This document shows, piece by piece, positions 1 to 10,809 of a DNA stretch of 64,000 nucleotides. A program made the position numbers and the translations under genes. How positions within the stretch are numbered: position 1 is the stretch's first letter; each line of letters begins with the position of its first letter. Below the pieces are notes generated by a model, which was not told where the DNA came from, did no database searches, and worked only from the letters and a program-made list of their open reading frames with translations. Source of the stretch: an uncultured Chloroflexia bacterium (GTDB lineage Bacteria; Chloroflexota; UBA6077; JACCZL01). The stretch is from positions 1 to 64,000 of the forward strand of contig CAVXYC010000030.1 in NCBI GenBank assembly GCA_963765765.1, in the 5' to 3' direction.

Positions 1-582
1 GGGCGCATCGGCTACTCATTGGCCACGGGCCTGTGCATCGGTCTCGTTTGTCTGCTGGGCCTGGTGGCGCTGCTGCTGGCCGTAATTCCTTTGGTCGCGA
101 TTCTTCCGATCCTCCTCTACATCGGCGTGGTCATCGGTGCCCAAGCATTCCAGGTGACACCGCGTGAGCATGCACCGGCGATTATCCTGGCGCTCATTCC
201 GAATATCGCCTCCTGGGCGCAGAACACGGTGGATAGCGCGCTGAACGCCGCCGGAACGTCAGCGGCAAAGGTGGGCATGGATAAGCTCATGGACGCCGGC
301 GTCGTTTATCGCGGTATGGAGGTGCTTGGCGGGGGCGCCATTCTGGCAGGCATGATCCTGGCGTCAGTGGCGGCGTCTATCATCGACAAAAATTTCAAGC
401 TTGCCGCGATTTACGCACTCGCTGGTTCTGTCCTGTCGTACTTTGGATTCATCCACGGTGCCAAGCTGGGCATCGGGGAAGCAGCCGACGTTGCGCTCGG
501 CTACTTGCTGCTCGCGGGCATTTGCTATGGCATGGCGCGTCAGCAGCCCGCGGTGAGCGAAGAACCGAGCCGGTCTGGCTGA
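1..582 (+). CDS. NCS2/AzgA-like xanthine/uracil/vitamin C permease, C-terminal part (5' truncated by window)
   Basis: Multiple hydrophobic TM segments; PILLYIGVVIGAQAFQ and FGFIHG motifs typical of this permease family. Confidence 0.65.
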   Translation, partial: GRIGYSLATGLCIGLVCLLGLVALLLAVIPLVAILPILLYIGVVIGAQAFQVTPREHAPAIILALIPNIASWAQNTVDSALNAAGTSAAKVGMDKLMDAGVVYRGMEVLGGGAILAGMILASVAASIIDKNFKLAAIYALAGSVLSYFGFIHGAKLGIGEAADVALGYLLLAGICYGMARQQPAVSEEPSRSG

Positions 583-676
583 AGCGACTTGATCTTAATC
601 CCGGTGGCGCGGTCGCCGCCAGTCACGATGTTTTGTGCTGGCGGTTGCTAGACCGCACCACAGAGTGGTACGTCCC

Positions 677-1990
677 TTACGACGCCTCGTTCAAAACGAA
701 CAGCCAATCGAAGTCCGCGATGCTCTGAGGAGATAGCGGGACGTAGGTTGAGTTCTTGGTACTCCCGGATCGTGTGGCGAGGGCAGAGATGAGTTCCTGC
801 TCGAGGGCTTCGCCCCGATAGGTTGGAATGAAGCGAGCCGGGCCGGTGCTGCTCAGAAGCGCCTCCAGTGTTCCGGGCTCCGGTTGGTGGATGCCGTGGG
901 TGCCAGATCTCCCCACGGCCGAACCGATGACGGCATAGCCGGATCCAAACATCGCTTGAAGCTGTGCCCCTGCAGGCCACCACGAATGCATGCTGCTGCC
1001 AAGCTGCCATTGCGCCGGACCACGCTGAAGATGGATGTTGTGGGCGAAGGTAAACACGCGTCCGCCGTCAGCCTCGCATTGGGCAATGTACGCCAGATTG
1101 TCAGCCATCATGAGATCGCGCATGCCGAGGCCGCGGACCAGCCGATCGTCAGTGCTTGCGGCGATCGCGGCATGATAGGTCAGCATCTGCCGGGCCGATG
1201 ACGCGTAGTGCAGCGCTTCCAAGAAACTCGCCCGGTCACTACCTGCGATGAGCTCGGGGCGGCGGACCTCCAGTTCAACGATCAGCTCTTCCGTTGCGAT
1301 TCGCAATGCGGCGGCCTGCGGAGACAGGCCTACAGATTGCGTCGGGTCCAGCATCGCCGCGCGATTTTCCCAGGCGGCGTCTTCGCCAAGCAGTGGCTCG
1401 ATTCGTTGGCGATGTGCCTGGGCACTGGATGGATGCACTGAGTCGAGGTACTCGAGGACGAACGCTAAAAGCGGCCTCGGACTATCGGTGTGTGTCATCT
1501 CCGTAGGGCTATCGAATCCGTAGAACCGAAGCTTGATCGGATTGGATGTCCTGGCGTTGTATTCGCGCATCCACTCGACAAGCTCGCGATTCGCCTCCAG
1601 CCGCCCAAATCCGTGGCTGAATCCGGCGTCCTGCAGGGCGTCATAGGAAGTAGGACCCAGGCCGGCGACATATTCATTCACAATGCGCGCACGGGGAAAA
1701 CTGGATTCGAGAGCGATGGAAGTGAAGCCGTACGCACTCACCAATCGCTGGAAGAGCCGGTTTCGAAGCTTGAGGATGTCCTCGCTGCCGTGCATGGCTT
1801 CCCCGAAGCCAAGCAGCTTTACGGAATCACTCAATGACTTGATCACCTGATCAACCGTCGCGCTGAACGTCGCGCTGGAGTCTAAGGAGAAAGGAATCGA
1901 TTCGCGGGCGATCCATTTCTCGAGCGTGGGATAGATGGGCGCGGGACGAAGCGTGCGCTGAAGCTTCCTAACCTGGGGATTGGATTCCAT
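677..1990 (-). CDS. Erythromycin esterase family protein
   Basis: LGFGEAMHG, ALESSF, FYGFD, RDxxMADNL and AHNIH motifs of the EreA/EreB family. Confidence 0.85.
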   Translation of the reverse strand: MESNPQVRKLQRTLRPAPIYPTLEKWIARESIPFSLDSSATFSATVDQVIKSLSDSVKLLGFGEAMHGSEDILKLRNRLFQRLVSAYGFTSIALESSFPRARIVNEYVAGLGPTSYDALQDAGFSHGFGRLEANRELVEWMREYNARTSNPIKLRFYGFDSPTEMTHTDSPRPLLAFVLEYLDSVHPSSAQAHRQRIEPLLGEDAAWENRAAMLDPTQSVGLSPQAAALRIATEELIVELEVRRPELIAGSDRASFLEALHYASSARQMLTYHAAIAASTDDRLVRGLGMRDLMMADNLAYIAQCEADGGRVFTFAHNIHLQRGPAQWQLGSSMHSWWPAGAQLQAMFGSGYAVIGSAVGRSGTHGIHQPEPGTLEALLSSTGPARFIPTYRGEALEQELISALATRSGSTKNSTYVPLSPQSIADFDWLFVLNEAS

Positions 1991-2296
1991 GACCTCAGCT
2001 TAGCTGGCGGTACTCGTCGGCCCGGCCTTCCTGTCATCCTGAATCAGGGCTGTTGCGGGCAGGAGCGCGGCAGCGAGCGCAGCCCCTCATCATGATCTGT
2101 TTCAAGGCTGTCATAGCTGGGATGTGCCTCCAAACACATCGGCACGAGCCGATGCGCCGCAAATCATTGAAAACCATCACCCAGCGGCGTAGGCGATTCA
2201 ATGCAGTCAAAGGCGCAATCGCGTCTCGATCGTGCTACAGTGCCCGCCGGCGGTGGGTTGACATGCTCTCGCCCACAACACCTGGAGGTAACAACC

Positions 2297-3010
2297 ATGC
2301 CATTCCTCACTCGCGGCGACGCATCGCTCTACTACGAGGAGTACGGCTCAGGATATCCGGTGCTTCTTCTATCGCCAGGGTCCCTTCAATCAACGATTGA
2401 CGCCTGGCATCGGAGCCCCTGGGACCCGACGGTGGAGCTGCGCTCAGAGTATCGAGTCATCGCGATGGATCAGCGAAACGCTGGACAGTCGCATGCTCCT
2501 ATCACCGCTCAGGATGACTGGGAGACGTTTTACGCGGATCAAATTGCCCTGCTGGATCACCTTGGCATTGAGCGAGCGCACACGATGGGCGCCTGTATCG
2601 GCGTGTCGTTTGCGCTCAAGATCATGCAGCACCAGCCAGATCGGCTCACCTGCGCGGTGATGCAGCAGCCGATCGGCGCGAACACTCCCAGGACCGAGAG
2701 TGGCGGTTTCGATCGCTGGGTCGCGGCGCTGCCCGAGCATCCTGAGGCAACTCCTGAAGTCCTCAAGCAGTACCACGACAACCTCTACGGCCCGCTCTTC
2801 GTCTACAGCGTGGACCGCGATTTCGTCCGCTCCTGCAAGACTCCGATGATCGTGCTACCTGGAAACGATCAGGCACATCCCTACGAGATCGCGGAGGAGC
2901 TCGCTCAGCTTGCACCCAACGCGGAGTTCATCCCTGAGTGGAAAGAGGGTGAAGCCAAGACGAAGGCATTTGCACGGGTGCGGGAGTTTCTGAAGCAGCA
3001 CACACCGTAA
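2297..3010 (+). CDS. Alpha/beta hydrolase
   Basis: GGAGG RBS before ATG 2297; YYEEYGSG, MDQRNAGQS, nucleophile elbow GACIG (Cys in place of Ser). Confidence 0.8.
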   Translation: MPFLTRGDASLYYEEYGSGYPVLLLSPGSLQSTIDAWHRSPWDPTVELRSEYRVIAMDQRNAGQSHAPITAQDDWETFYADQIALLDHLGIERAHTMGACIGVSFALKIMQHQPDRLTCAVMQQPIGANTPRTESGGFDRWVAALPEHPEATPEVLKQYHDNLYGPLFVYSVDRDFVRSCKTPMIVLPGNDQAHPYEIAEELAQLAPNAEFIPEWKEGEAKTKAFARVREFLKQHTP

Positions 3011-3105
3011 CGAGGCGAACGAAGAATGAAAAATGAAGATTGGCGGGGTGACGGCCAAGCGTTCCCATCGCCACATTCTTAACTCTTCAATCGCTCTCGC
3101 GTTGG

Positions 3106-3134
3106 TTGACAGTCCTTCCCACCGGTGCTTGAAT
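3106..3134 (+). promoter_or_regulatory. Putative sigma70 promoter for the cupin gene
   Basis: TTGACA-17bp-TTGAAT with TG extension, 25 bp upstream of ATG 3160. Confidence 0.45.
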
Positions 3135-3159
3135 AGCCAGCGTCAACCGGGAGGCCCCT

Positions 3160-4275
3160 ATGCGCACCGTATCCGCTCCAGATCCCGAAGCGCTTTCAAC
3201 CTACTACAACGTCGATCCGTACGCGGACTTCCTGAAGACCGAAAGCGTGCCGGTTGTTGAAGGCTATGCGATCGATTGCAAAACCGTTGCCGTCGAGCCC
3301 TGGGAGCGAGTGGGCGGTTTAGGCGCGTACATTCATCTCACCGGCCGTGGCTGGGAAGTCACCAGCTATGTCTCCGAAATCCCGCCAGGCGGCAACCTCA
3401 AGCCCCAGCAGCACATGTACGACGAGAATGTGTACGTCGTTTCGGGGCGCGGCGCCACGACCATCGAGATGCCCAACGGCCGCAAGCACACGTTTGAGTG
3501 GAGCGAAGGCTCGGGCTTTGGCATTCCAATGAATGCCAAACACCAGCATTTCAACGGCTCGGGCACGGAGCCGGCTCGATTCGCGGGCGTTACTGACCTG
3601 CCCCTCATGATGAGCATCTTCCATGATGTGAACTTCGTCTTCGATAACTCAATGCAGTTACCGAAGCGATTTGGCGAGGAGCGATATTTCCAGGGTGACG
3701 GCGAGTTCCGGGCGGTACGCGCGGGCCGACACCAATGGGAAACGAACTTTGTGCCGGATCTGCGCACGTTTGAGCTGCCCGAGTGGCATGCCCGTGGGGC
3801 AGGCGGCAACAACATCAATTTCATCTTTGCCGACAGCACCATGCACGGGCACATCTCGGAGTTTCCGACTGGTACGTACAAGAAGGCGCATCGACACGAT
3901 GCCGGCGCGCACATTTTCCTTGTGACCGGCCGTGGTTACAGTCTGCTCTGGCTGGATGGAGAAGATCCGGTAGCGACAAACAAAGTGGATTGGTGGCCGG
4001 GCGTTCTCTTTGCACCACCTGACGGACCCACCTATCATCAGCATTTCAATACGTCGGACGTACCGGCGCGCTACCTCGTGTATCTCTTCGGGAACCGCCG
4101 TTATCCTATGTGGTCGCAGCGCGTAACCCGTGAAGGCGCCGACGTTTCCGTAAAGCAAGGCGGCATGCAAGTGGAGTACGAAGACGAGGACCCGCGCATT
4201 TTGGAGCTGTTCGAGCAGGAGTGTGCAAAATCTGGAACCGCGTCACAAATGCGTGAATTCCTTGGCCGCACCTAA
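3160..4275 (+). CDS. Bicupin (gentisate-dioxygenase-like) cupin-domain protein
   Basis: Two cupin repeats: QHMYDE...HQHFN and HRHDAG...HQHFN. Confidence 0.75.
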   Translation: MRTVSAPDPEALSTYYNVDPYADFLKTESVPVVEGYAIDCKTVAVEPWERVGGLGAYIHLTGRGWEVTSYVSEIPPGGNLKPQQHMYDENVYVVSGRGATTIEMPNGRKHTFEWSEGSGFGIPMNAKHQHFNGSGTEPARFAGVTDLPLMMSIFHDVNFVFDNSMQLPKRFGEERYFQGDGEFRAVRAGRHQWETNFVPDLRTFELPEWHARGAGGNNINFIFADSTMHGHISEFPTGTYKKAHRHDAGAHIFLVTGRGYSLLWLDGEDPVATNKVDWWPGVLFAPPDGPTYHQHFNTSDVPARYLVYLFGNRRYPMWSQRVTREGADVSVKQGGMQVEYEDEDPRILELFEQECAKSGTASQMREFLGRT

Positions 4276-4388
4276 CCTATAGATAGATAACAGAGATGCG
4301 CTCGTCAATCCTGCTGAGACGAGCGTTGCTGCCCGCCGTCGACGCGTTGCGTCGACACGCGGTGATACCTGCCAGCGGAGGAAGATGA

Positions 4389-5612
4389 TTGATGACGTTT
4401 GGTACATTGCCCAGGACTCTGGCGATCGGCATGATGCTCGCCGTGCTCGCCGGGTGCTCCCCGGCCGCGCCGGCCAGCCCGACCGCGGCGCCCGCCAAGC
4501 CGACCGATAAGCCCGCAGCAGCTGCTTCGCCGGCGGCCGCCGCGTCGCCCGCTGCCGCCGCTTCACCCGGCGCAGCGGCATCACCAGGAGCAGCCGTACC
4601 CGCTGCTAAGCCGGCCGCCGCTGCTTCAGCTCCCAGTCAAGCCGCCGTTCAGGCGCAGCTTGATCAGTACTATCAGGCTGCCAAGGCCTCCGGTGAGATG
4701 AAGGTCGTCCACTACGGCCTGTATCAGGAATATTTGCCGCTGGCGAAGGTGTTCATGGAGAAATTTCCAGGGACCACGGTTGAGCCAACAGGTATGCGCG
4801 GCGCCGAGATCATCCAGCGCATCGGCGCCGAGATGGCCAGTGGCAAGGGTGTTGCCAACGTCGCCGGCACCGGCGTGACCACGACGACCGAGATGGAGCG
4901 CCAGGGCATGTTCGTAAAGTGGCGTCCACCGACAGCGGACGCCCTTCCCGCGCCTGAAGGCGGCTCAGACGATCGTCGTTGGATCTTCACTGTCAGCATG
5001 TTCGGCAATGTGGTCAACACGCAGCTCGTGCCGCCGGACAAGTACCCAACGTCGCGGCAGCAGCTCCTGGATCCATTCTGGAAGGGCAAGGGGAAGATCT
5101 ACTCCGGCGATCCTCGCCAGGCGGGCGGCGGCCAGTCTTTCTGGGTGCTCACTGCGGAGGAGCTCGGTCAAACATATCTGGACGGCCTGAAGGCACAGGA
5201 GATCAGCTTCACGCGCGATGCTGAGGCGGCGCCAGCACAGGTGGCGCGTGGTGAATTCGCGATCTTCCTGGCCACCGGCGTTAACCAGGAGGCCATCGAG
5301 CTCGAGAAGAGCGCGCCGGTCAAGATGACCTTCTTCCGAGACGGCGGAGCTCATTTTACGGACATTACGGCCGGCGTTATCACCAATGCGCCTGGCCAGG
5401 ACGTCGCCAAGCTCTGGATTAGCTGGCTGACCTCACCTGAGGGTCAGCGGGAGCAGGTCGACAAGGTCAAGGTGTACCCCGTGCTAGAGGGAATCGAGGC
5501 ACCAGGCGGCTGGCCGTCGTTCGCGGAGCTTAAACCCAGCTCCCGTAACGAGACCCACCGAGCGAAGCAGAACGAGTACGTCGCGATGTTCGAGAACACG
5601 TTCTTCAAGTAG
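4389..5612 (+). CDS. ABC transporter substrate-binding lipoprotein (Fe3+/thiamine/polyamine-like class)
   Basis: Lipobox LAGC, AAASP-repeat linker, LLDPFWKGK and AKLWISWLTSPEGQ motifs; paralog of 52812..53960. Confidence 0.8.
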   Translation: MMTFGTLPRTLAIGMMLAVLAGCSPAAPASPTAAPAKPTDKPAAAASPAAAASPAAAASPGAAASPGAAVPAAKPAAAASAPSQAAVQAQLDQYYQAAKASGEMKVVHYGLYQEYLPLAKVFMEKFPGTTVEPTGMRGAEIIQRIGAEMASGKGVANVAGTGVTTTTEMERQGMFVKWRPPTADALPAPEGGSDDRRWIFTVSMFGNVVNTQLVPPDKYPTSRQQLLDPFWKGKGKIYSGDPRQAGGGQSFWVLTAEELGQTYLDGLKAQEISFTRDAEAAPAQVARGEFAIFLATGVNQEAIELEKSAPVKMTFFRDGGAHFTDITAGVITNAPGQDVAKLWISWLTSPEGQREQVDKVKVYPVLEGIEAPGGWPSFAELKPSSRNETHRAKQNEYVAMFENTFFK

Positions 5613-5760
5613 CTCGAGTCATCGGTGGCGCGGGTCTCCGTACCCGTGGGTGACCGACGACTGATGGAACGTCAAAGAAGGGATGAGCTCGGTATCGGGC
5701 TCATCCCTTCTTTGATTTACCGGCCCCGCCCACTGGTAGGCGCGCAGGGGCGTTGGATGT

Positions 5761-6124
5761 TCAGCCTCCCGCGAGCACTCGCCGGAAATTCTCGACGGTT
5801 CGCTGGTGCTCGTCGCGCGGGGCGACTTCCAGAAACTCGGTATCTCTCGGCCACGCCGGTGTGACCGGCGGGCATGTAATAGTAACCGCCGGCCTGCAGA
5901 ATTTCCTGGCTGTCGCCATAGTCCATTCGCAAGCGGCCTTTGAGCACGTATCCCCAATGTGGGCACTGGCACCGGTCGCCCGGAAGCCCCTGAAGGAGCG
6001 GGCCGAAGTCTGTGCCTGCAGGGACAGAAACAACGGCAACGCGCTGGCCGCCCCAATCCAGTCCTCGCACTGAAGCGGGCCCTGCCTCGACCAGAAGCGA
6101 AGACTCGTTTCTCGATGCACGCAT
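5761..6124 (-). CDS. Small cupin-domain protein (frameshift near 5845)
   Basis: CQCPHWGYVLKG...YYMPAGH motif; C-terminus DTEFLEVAP...VLAGG continues in another frame to stop at 5761. Confidence 0.7.
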
Positions 6125-6519
6125 GGTGTCCTCCATCGATGGTGTGAGATTGACGACATCGTCGCCGGCGATTCGTTCGCAACTCTGTCGCCATCGGACG
6201 GTCCGGACGACACGAGTCTAACAACATCCAGCATAAGCCAGGCTATTGCAGGGGAGATCACGGGTTTCCGTGATTTCGGGCATTCTATATCGGTGAGGGA
6301 CTCCCTCATGCCGGGGGAAGGGCCCGAATCTCGACTGGCCGGGGCCGTTCGAGCTCGCCGAACTGGCTCCGCGCACCTGGCTTCCGTCGACGCATGGTCG
6401 CAGCACTCGTCGGCTCCGGACCAATGTCACGTACCGAGGCAAAAGAAAGTGACCGGGCTCCAGAGCCCGGTCTGCTGTTCTCTTGCGCTGCGCGAAGCGT
6501 CCGCGTGTGTGGACCGCTG

Positions 6520-6949
6520 CTATTGAGTCGGCCTGAACCTCGGCAGCGCGTTTCCCTGCCCAGTATCGTGAAAGACCACTTCCACCGGTCTGCCCGATCG
6601 AGATAGAGTCAGGATCGCAGTCCACGATGTTTGTGAGCATGCGCGGGCCTTCTTCTAGCTCCACGTACGCCAGGACGAACGCGCCGGCGCCGCGATAGTC
6701 TGCAACGTCGCCAGCACCGCGACGATTCACCGTGTAGGTGTAGATCGTGCCGCGGCCTGACGATTGAATGTAGGTCACGTCCATGCTGCCGCAGTCGCCG
6801 CAGATGGGGCGTGGGTACCAGAAGACCGTGCCGCATCTCTGGCACTTCGGCAACAAGAGTTTGCCCTGGGCGGTGGCATCCCAGAATTCTTTGGACTCCG
6901 CTGTCACGACTGGTGCCGGTGCGGGAAGCTGATTCTCGGCCATGATCAA
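6520..6949 (-). CDS. Zn-ribbon/OB-fold (DUF35) protein, partner of the thiolase-like gene (+1 frameshift near 6590)
   Basis: CxxC...CxxC, VELEEGPRMLTNIV; shifted frame gives the canonical end VEVVFHDTGQGNALPRFRPTQ* at 6520. Confidence 0.85.
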
Positions 6950-8097
6950 GCGTCCTCCTGTCCCAGGATGAGTGTTGAGCTACCCATGCGCGTGCCGAGC
7001 GATCCGCCCGTTCCGTGGACAAGTGCGATCTGACAATCGGGCACCTGTACCTGTGGGGCGGTCTCACCACGGAGCTGGCGTACCGCCTCGATGATCTTGG
7101 TGATTCCCCCGCGCGACGGATGATTGCTGCACAGGCCACCGCCGTCGGTATTGAAGGGCAGCTTGCCGTGCGGCGACTGGAGCGCGCCGTCCATGACGAA
7201 CTTTCCCCCCTGACCCTTGTCGCAGAAGCCAAGGTCCTCGATTGTCTCGACCACCGTGATGGTGAACGAGTCGTAGATGGAGGCGTAGTCGATGTCAGCG
7301 TGGCTCACGCCAGCCTCCTCGAATGCACGCGGGCCGGACCATCGAGCGCCAGTGAACGTGAGATCGACGCGGCCATTCATCGTGTGCTTGGGCGCCTCAG
7401 CCTGGCCCAGGATCTTGACCTTATGGCGCGGCAGAGAGGCCGCCACCTCTGGACTCACGACGACGATCGCTCCTCCACCGTCAGTCACCACGCAGCAATC
7501 CAGGAGATGCAGCGGATCGCTCATCATCCGTGAGCTCACGACTTCTTCCACGGTGACGACGTTTTGAAGCAACGCATGCGGGTTGTACTGAGCATGCGTA
7601 GAAGCGGCGACCTTTACTTCGGCGAGCTGCTCGCTTGTGGTGCCGAACTCGTACATGTGGCGTTGAGCGGCCAGGGCGTACTGGCTAACGGTGTTGGTTC
7701 CGAATACGTCCACGAAGGAGTAGTCAGGAGAGAATGTCACAGGACGCGAGACATTGGCGCTTTTCGGCCGATTGGCCAACGTGATCAGCGCCACATTGCA
7801 CTTCCCCGCGGCAATCGCGGCGGCGGCGTGGCCCACGTGATACAGCGGAGATGATCCGCCCACATTCGTGGAGTCGATGTACTTCAGGTCAAGGCCGAGG
7901 TATTCGGCCATGACCAGTCCGCCCACCAGGAGGTCGCCACAATAGTAGTAAGCATCCACATCAGCGAGCGTAAGTCCCGCGTCGGTCAGTGCGCCGAGCG
8001 CGATCTCCGCCGTGACCTGGCTGGTGGACTTGTCCGGAATGATCCGGTCCGGATGCTCGTAGGCCCCTACGATGTAGGCCTTTCCGCGTATGGTCAT
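6946..8097 (-). CDS. Thiolase-like (SCP-x/Ltp2-type) protein
   Basis: LDCCVVTDGGGA, YDSFT, NTDGGGL motifs; no catalytic Cys at the GGSS site; overlaps the DUF35 gene. Confidence 0.85.
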   Translation of the reverse strand: MTIRGKAYIVGAYEHPDRIIPDKSTSQVTAEIALGALTDAGLTLADVDAYYYCGDLLVGGLVMAEYLGLDLKYIDSTNVGGSSPLYHVGHAAAAIAAGKCNVALITLANRPKSANVSRPVTFSPDYSFVDVFGTNTVSQYALAAQRHMYEFGTTSEQLAEVKVAASTHAQYNPHALLQNVVTVEEVVSSRMMSDPLHLLDCCVVTDGGGAIVVVSPEVAASLPRHKVKILGQAEAPKHTMNGRVDLTFTGARWSGPRAFEEAGVSHADIDYASIYDSFTITVVETIEDLGFCDKGQGGKFVMDGALQSPHGKLPFNTDGGGLCSNHPSRGGITKIIEAVRQLRGETAPQVQVPDCQIALVHGTGGSLGTRMGSSTLILGQEDA

Positions 8098-8192
8098 TCA
8101 TCCTCCCGCCGCGCTAAGCACCTGCATGCTCTTGCTCTGGCACGTTCGACAATCTATTTCGATGTATCTACTTGGTAAGGGGCGTGAAGCGC

Positions 8193-9587
8193 CTACCGCA
8201 TGATTCCAACGTGCTGTGACACGCGCACTTCCATATCCGTGAGCTGCAGCACTTCATCTACCGTATAGCCCGGCGCGATTGCTTCTACAGTAAACAGGTC
8301 GTCCGTGCGTCGAAGAAGGGCCAGGTCTGTCACCACGATGTCCACGCACCGAAGTCCGGTGAGCGGGTAGTCGCAGTGCCGTACCAGCTTGGCGCGGTCC
8401 TTACTATCGCGATGCTCCATGAGCACAATAAGCGCTTTGGCGCCAGCCACCAGATCCATGGCGCCGCCGATTCCGCCGCCGACCATTTCGGGCGTGCTCC
8501 AGTTGGCCAGATTTCCTTCCTGGTCTACCTGGTAGGCACCGAGAATGACCGCGTCCAGGAGCCCCCCGCGGGCGATCTCGAACGAGGTCACGCTATCGAA
8601 GAACGACGCGCCGGTCTGGAGCGATACGAACTCGCTGCCCGCGTTGTACACGTCCGGGTCGATGTCATCGCCGTCCACGATGGAGCCGTAGCCGAGAATG
8701 CCGTTCTCCGCGTGTAACAGCACGTCGCGGCCGCTGAGATGGTTGGATACCAGCGTGGGTAACCCCATACCCAGGTTCACTACCGAGCCGTCGGCGAGCA
8801 GGTTCGCCGCGCAGCGCGCCATCTTCGAGCGAGTGAGCCCGGGCTTGCCGAGGTAGGTCCGGGCGGTCTCCTCGGTGCGCCGCGCCGGCCGTCCCGCCCA
8901 CAACTCCTCCACACTCACCGTGCGAGTGGCTTGCACGACCCGGGAGACGAACACCCCGGGCAGATCAATCGCCTCAGGCGGAATGTCACCGACCTCCACG
9001 ATCTCGTCCACCTCGGCAACGGCCACACGCGCCGCCTTGGCGAAGCTAGGGTTGAAGTTCTGGCTGCCGCCGCGAAACTGGAGATTGCCCGCCCGGTCGC
9101 CACGCCATGCTCGGACCAGCGCATAGTCCACGGTGATGGCCTGCTCCAGGACGTACTTACGACCATTGAACTCGCGGACCTCTTTCCCCGCGGCAACGTC
9201 GGTTCCGACGGCCACAGGCGAGTAGAAGGCCGGGATGCCGGCGCCTCCGGCGCGGCAGCGCTCCACGAGCATGCCCTGCGGCACCATCTCCAGCTCGATC
9301 TCACCCGCCGCGATTTGCTCCTCAGCCGCTGAGCGGAGACCGGGTCGAGCGGAGAACGCCACCATCAGCTTGCGCACCTGGTGCCGCTCCACGAGCTGCT
9401 GGCGCACATCGTTCTTGCCGCCCAGCGAGTTGCACACCAGGCTGAGGTCGCGGGTGCCCCGGTCCCGGAGTGCCTCGAGCAAGCTAGTAGGGAACCGATG
9501 CCCCAACCCGAACCCGGCCACCGTCACCGTGGCCCCGTCCGGCATGTCCGCGATCGCTTCTTGTGGGGAGCCGACCACCTTGTTCAT
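8193..9587 (-). CDS. 3-oxoacid CoA-transferase, fused A+B subunits
   Basis: PQGMLVER, GGAGIPAF, NLGMGLP, HAENG (catalytic Glu), GIGGAMDL. Confidence 0.9.
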   Translation of the reverse strand: MNKVVGSPQEAIADMPDGATVTVAGFGLGHRFPTSLLEALRDRGTRDLSLVCNSLGGKNDVRQQLVERHQVRKLMVAFSARPGLRSAAEEQIAAGEIELEMVPQGMLVERCRAGGAGIPAFYSPVAVGTDVAAGKEVREFNGRKYVLEQAITVDYALVRAWRGDRAGNLQFRGGSQNFNPSFAKAARVAVAEVDEIVEVGDIPPEAIDLPGVFVSRVVQATRTVSVEELWAGRPARRTEETARTYLGKPGLTRSKMARCAANLLADGSVVNLGMGLPTLVSNHLSGRDVLLHAENGILGYGSIVDGDDIDPDVYNAGSEFVSLQTGASFFDSVTSFEIARGGLLDAVILGAYQVDQEGNLANWSTPEMVGGGIGGAMDLVAGAKALIVLMEHRDSKDRAKLVRHCDYPLTGLRCVDIVVTDLALLRRTDDLFTVEAIAPGYTVDEVLQLTDMEVRVSQHVGIMR

Positions 9588-9764
9588 CGCCCACCTCCGG
9601 GAGTGAGCAGTGTACACCCTGAGGACGCTCTGGAGGCCTGCGTTTATCTTGATAGTAGTTGCGCTCCGCCGTGCCAGTCAGGGTCACCTGGAGGAGGCGA
9701 GAATGATCGACGAGATCGCGCGGAACCCGCACTCGGAGTTCGTCTGGTAAGTCTCGGACCAGTA

Positions 9765-10162
9765 CTATCGCGGCCGGCGGCGCGGCCGATATCTCTGCGT
9801 CGACCGACGCACGCCAACGACTGAGCATGCTCGGCGTTCAGATACCCCGTATTGGTTTTGAAGGAAGCCCACCGCCTGGCGGCGCGCGGTGGGCTTCAGA
9901 AGTTTTTTTGGAGCAGCTCCCGGAGCATGGCATTGTCTTGCGACTGAGCCGCCAGCATCCGTTGTAGTCGTGCGTTCTCGCTCTGCAGGTCCTGTAGTCG
10001 CTGCGCCTCGCCAGCTTCCAGGCCCGCGTACCTCTGCTTCCACCGGTAAAGGGTGGGCTCACTAATGTCGTACTTACGACAGAGCTTGGCAGCAGGTACG
10101 CCATCGTCATGCTGCCTGAGGATGTCCATGATCTGGTCCACGCTGAATCTACTCAATCGCAT
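9765..10162 (-). mobile_element. IS3-family (IS407-like) orfA (9896..10162) plus -1 frameshift into a truncated orfB stub (stop 9765); no DDE domain; copy 1
   Basis: HTH RFSVDQI...LCRKYDISEPTLYRWK, leucine zipper ENARLQRML, A7C slippery site plus 12-bp hairpin, stub GVSERRACSVVGVRRSTQRYR. Confidence 0.9.
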
Positions 10163-10355
10163 TGTCGGCCTCCCGAAATGACCGTGAACAACACTCTCAC
10201 AATTATTGGACCAATCAAGTCCTTGAATCTCCCATGGTTATTAGACACCATGTGTTCAGAGAATATATTTGTGACCAACCTCTATGCTGCGGCGAATTTT
10301 CTTGTGCGCTCTGCATCATTGAGTGGCTCAGATCTGCTGGTAACATGCCTATGTC
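10163..10355. promoter_or_regulatory. Conserved non-coding region upstream of IS3 stub, copy 1
   Basis: Blocks ATTGGACCAAT (10205-10215), ATTAGACACCATGTGTT (10240-10256), ATTTGTGACCAACCTCTATG (10267-10286) identical to copy 2, with diverged linkers. Confidence 0.65.
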
Positions 10356-10585
10356 GATGTTGGAAACACAGATCGTTGATTGCTAATTAGCAGTTCAATA
10401 CGCAAATTGTGCGTGCTATATAGGTATTGTTTGATTTTTCCAGAATGAGTTTGAAGTAGCAGTAACGTAATAGTTATCAAAATACATTTGAAGCTGAATT
10501 CTTTATATGAATAGTTACTTCGATTGGATTGGAGTATCTGAAGAATTTGACCGATATGCATGCATCTCGTTAATGCGAAGCTACT

Positions 10586-10670
10586 CCGGGATGCTGGTTC
10601 GCGTCGGGGTGTGCATTGGCCCAGGAGCATGCTGGGAGTCACTATCAGCCTCAGCTCGCTGACCGCAATG
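10586..10670 (+). pseudogene. Degenerate remnant of OppD/DppD ATPase C-terminus
   Basis: Reads PGCWFASGCALAQEH; aligns to GCAFAPRCALAQEQC at ~16108-16155. Confidence 0.65.
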
Positions 10671-10809
10671 CACCTCCCCCGCTCCTCGCCAGCGAGTCGC
10701 AAAGCAACCACCTGTCCTCCACGGATGAGCTAGCGGTACTCGAATGGGAGGTGGTACCGCTTGTCGCGCCATTGCCACCAAATACGGGTAAGTCGAACAA
10801 GGAGAACCG

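Noticed and set aside
603-659. Imperfect long hairpin between convergent genes as an ncRNA
   Set aside because: Single occurrence with no family features; most likely a termination or stability structure.
4500-4630. Tandem GC-rich repeats in SBP genes (also ~51000 and ~59150)
   Set aside because: They encode ordinary AAASP low-complexity lipoprotein linkers.
10205-10290. CRISPR-like repeat/spacer spacing of the conserved boxes
   Set aside because: The boxes differ from each other in sequence and length, and there are no cas genes.
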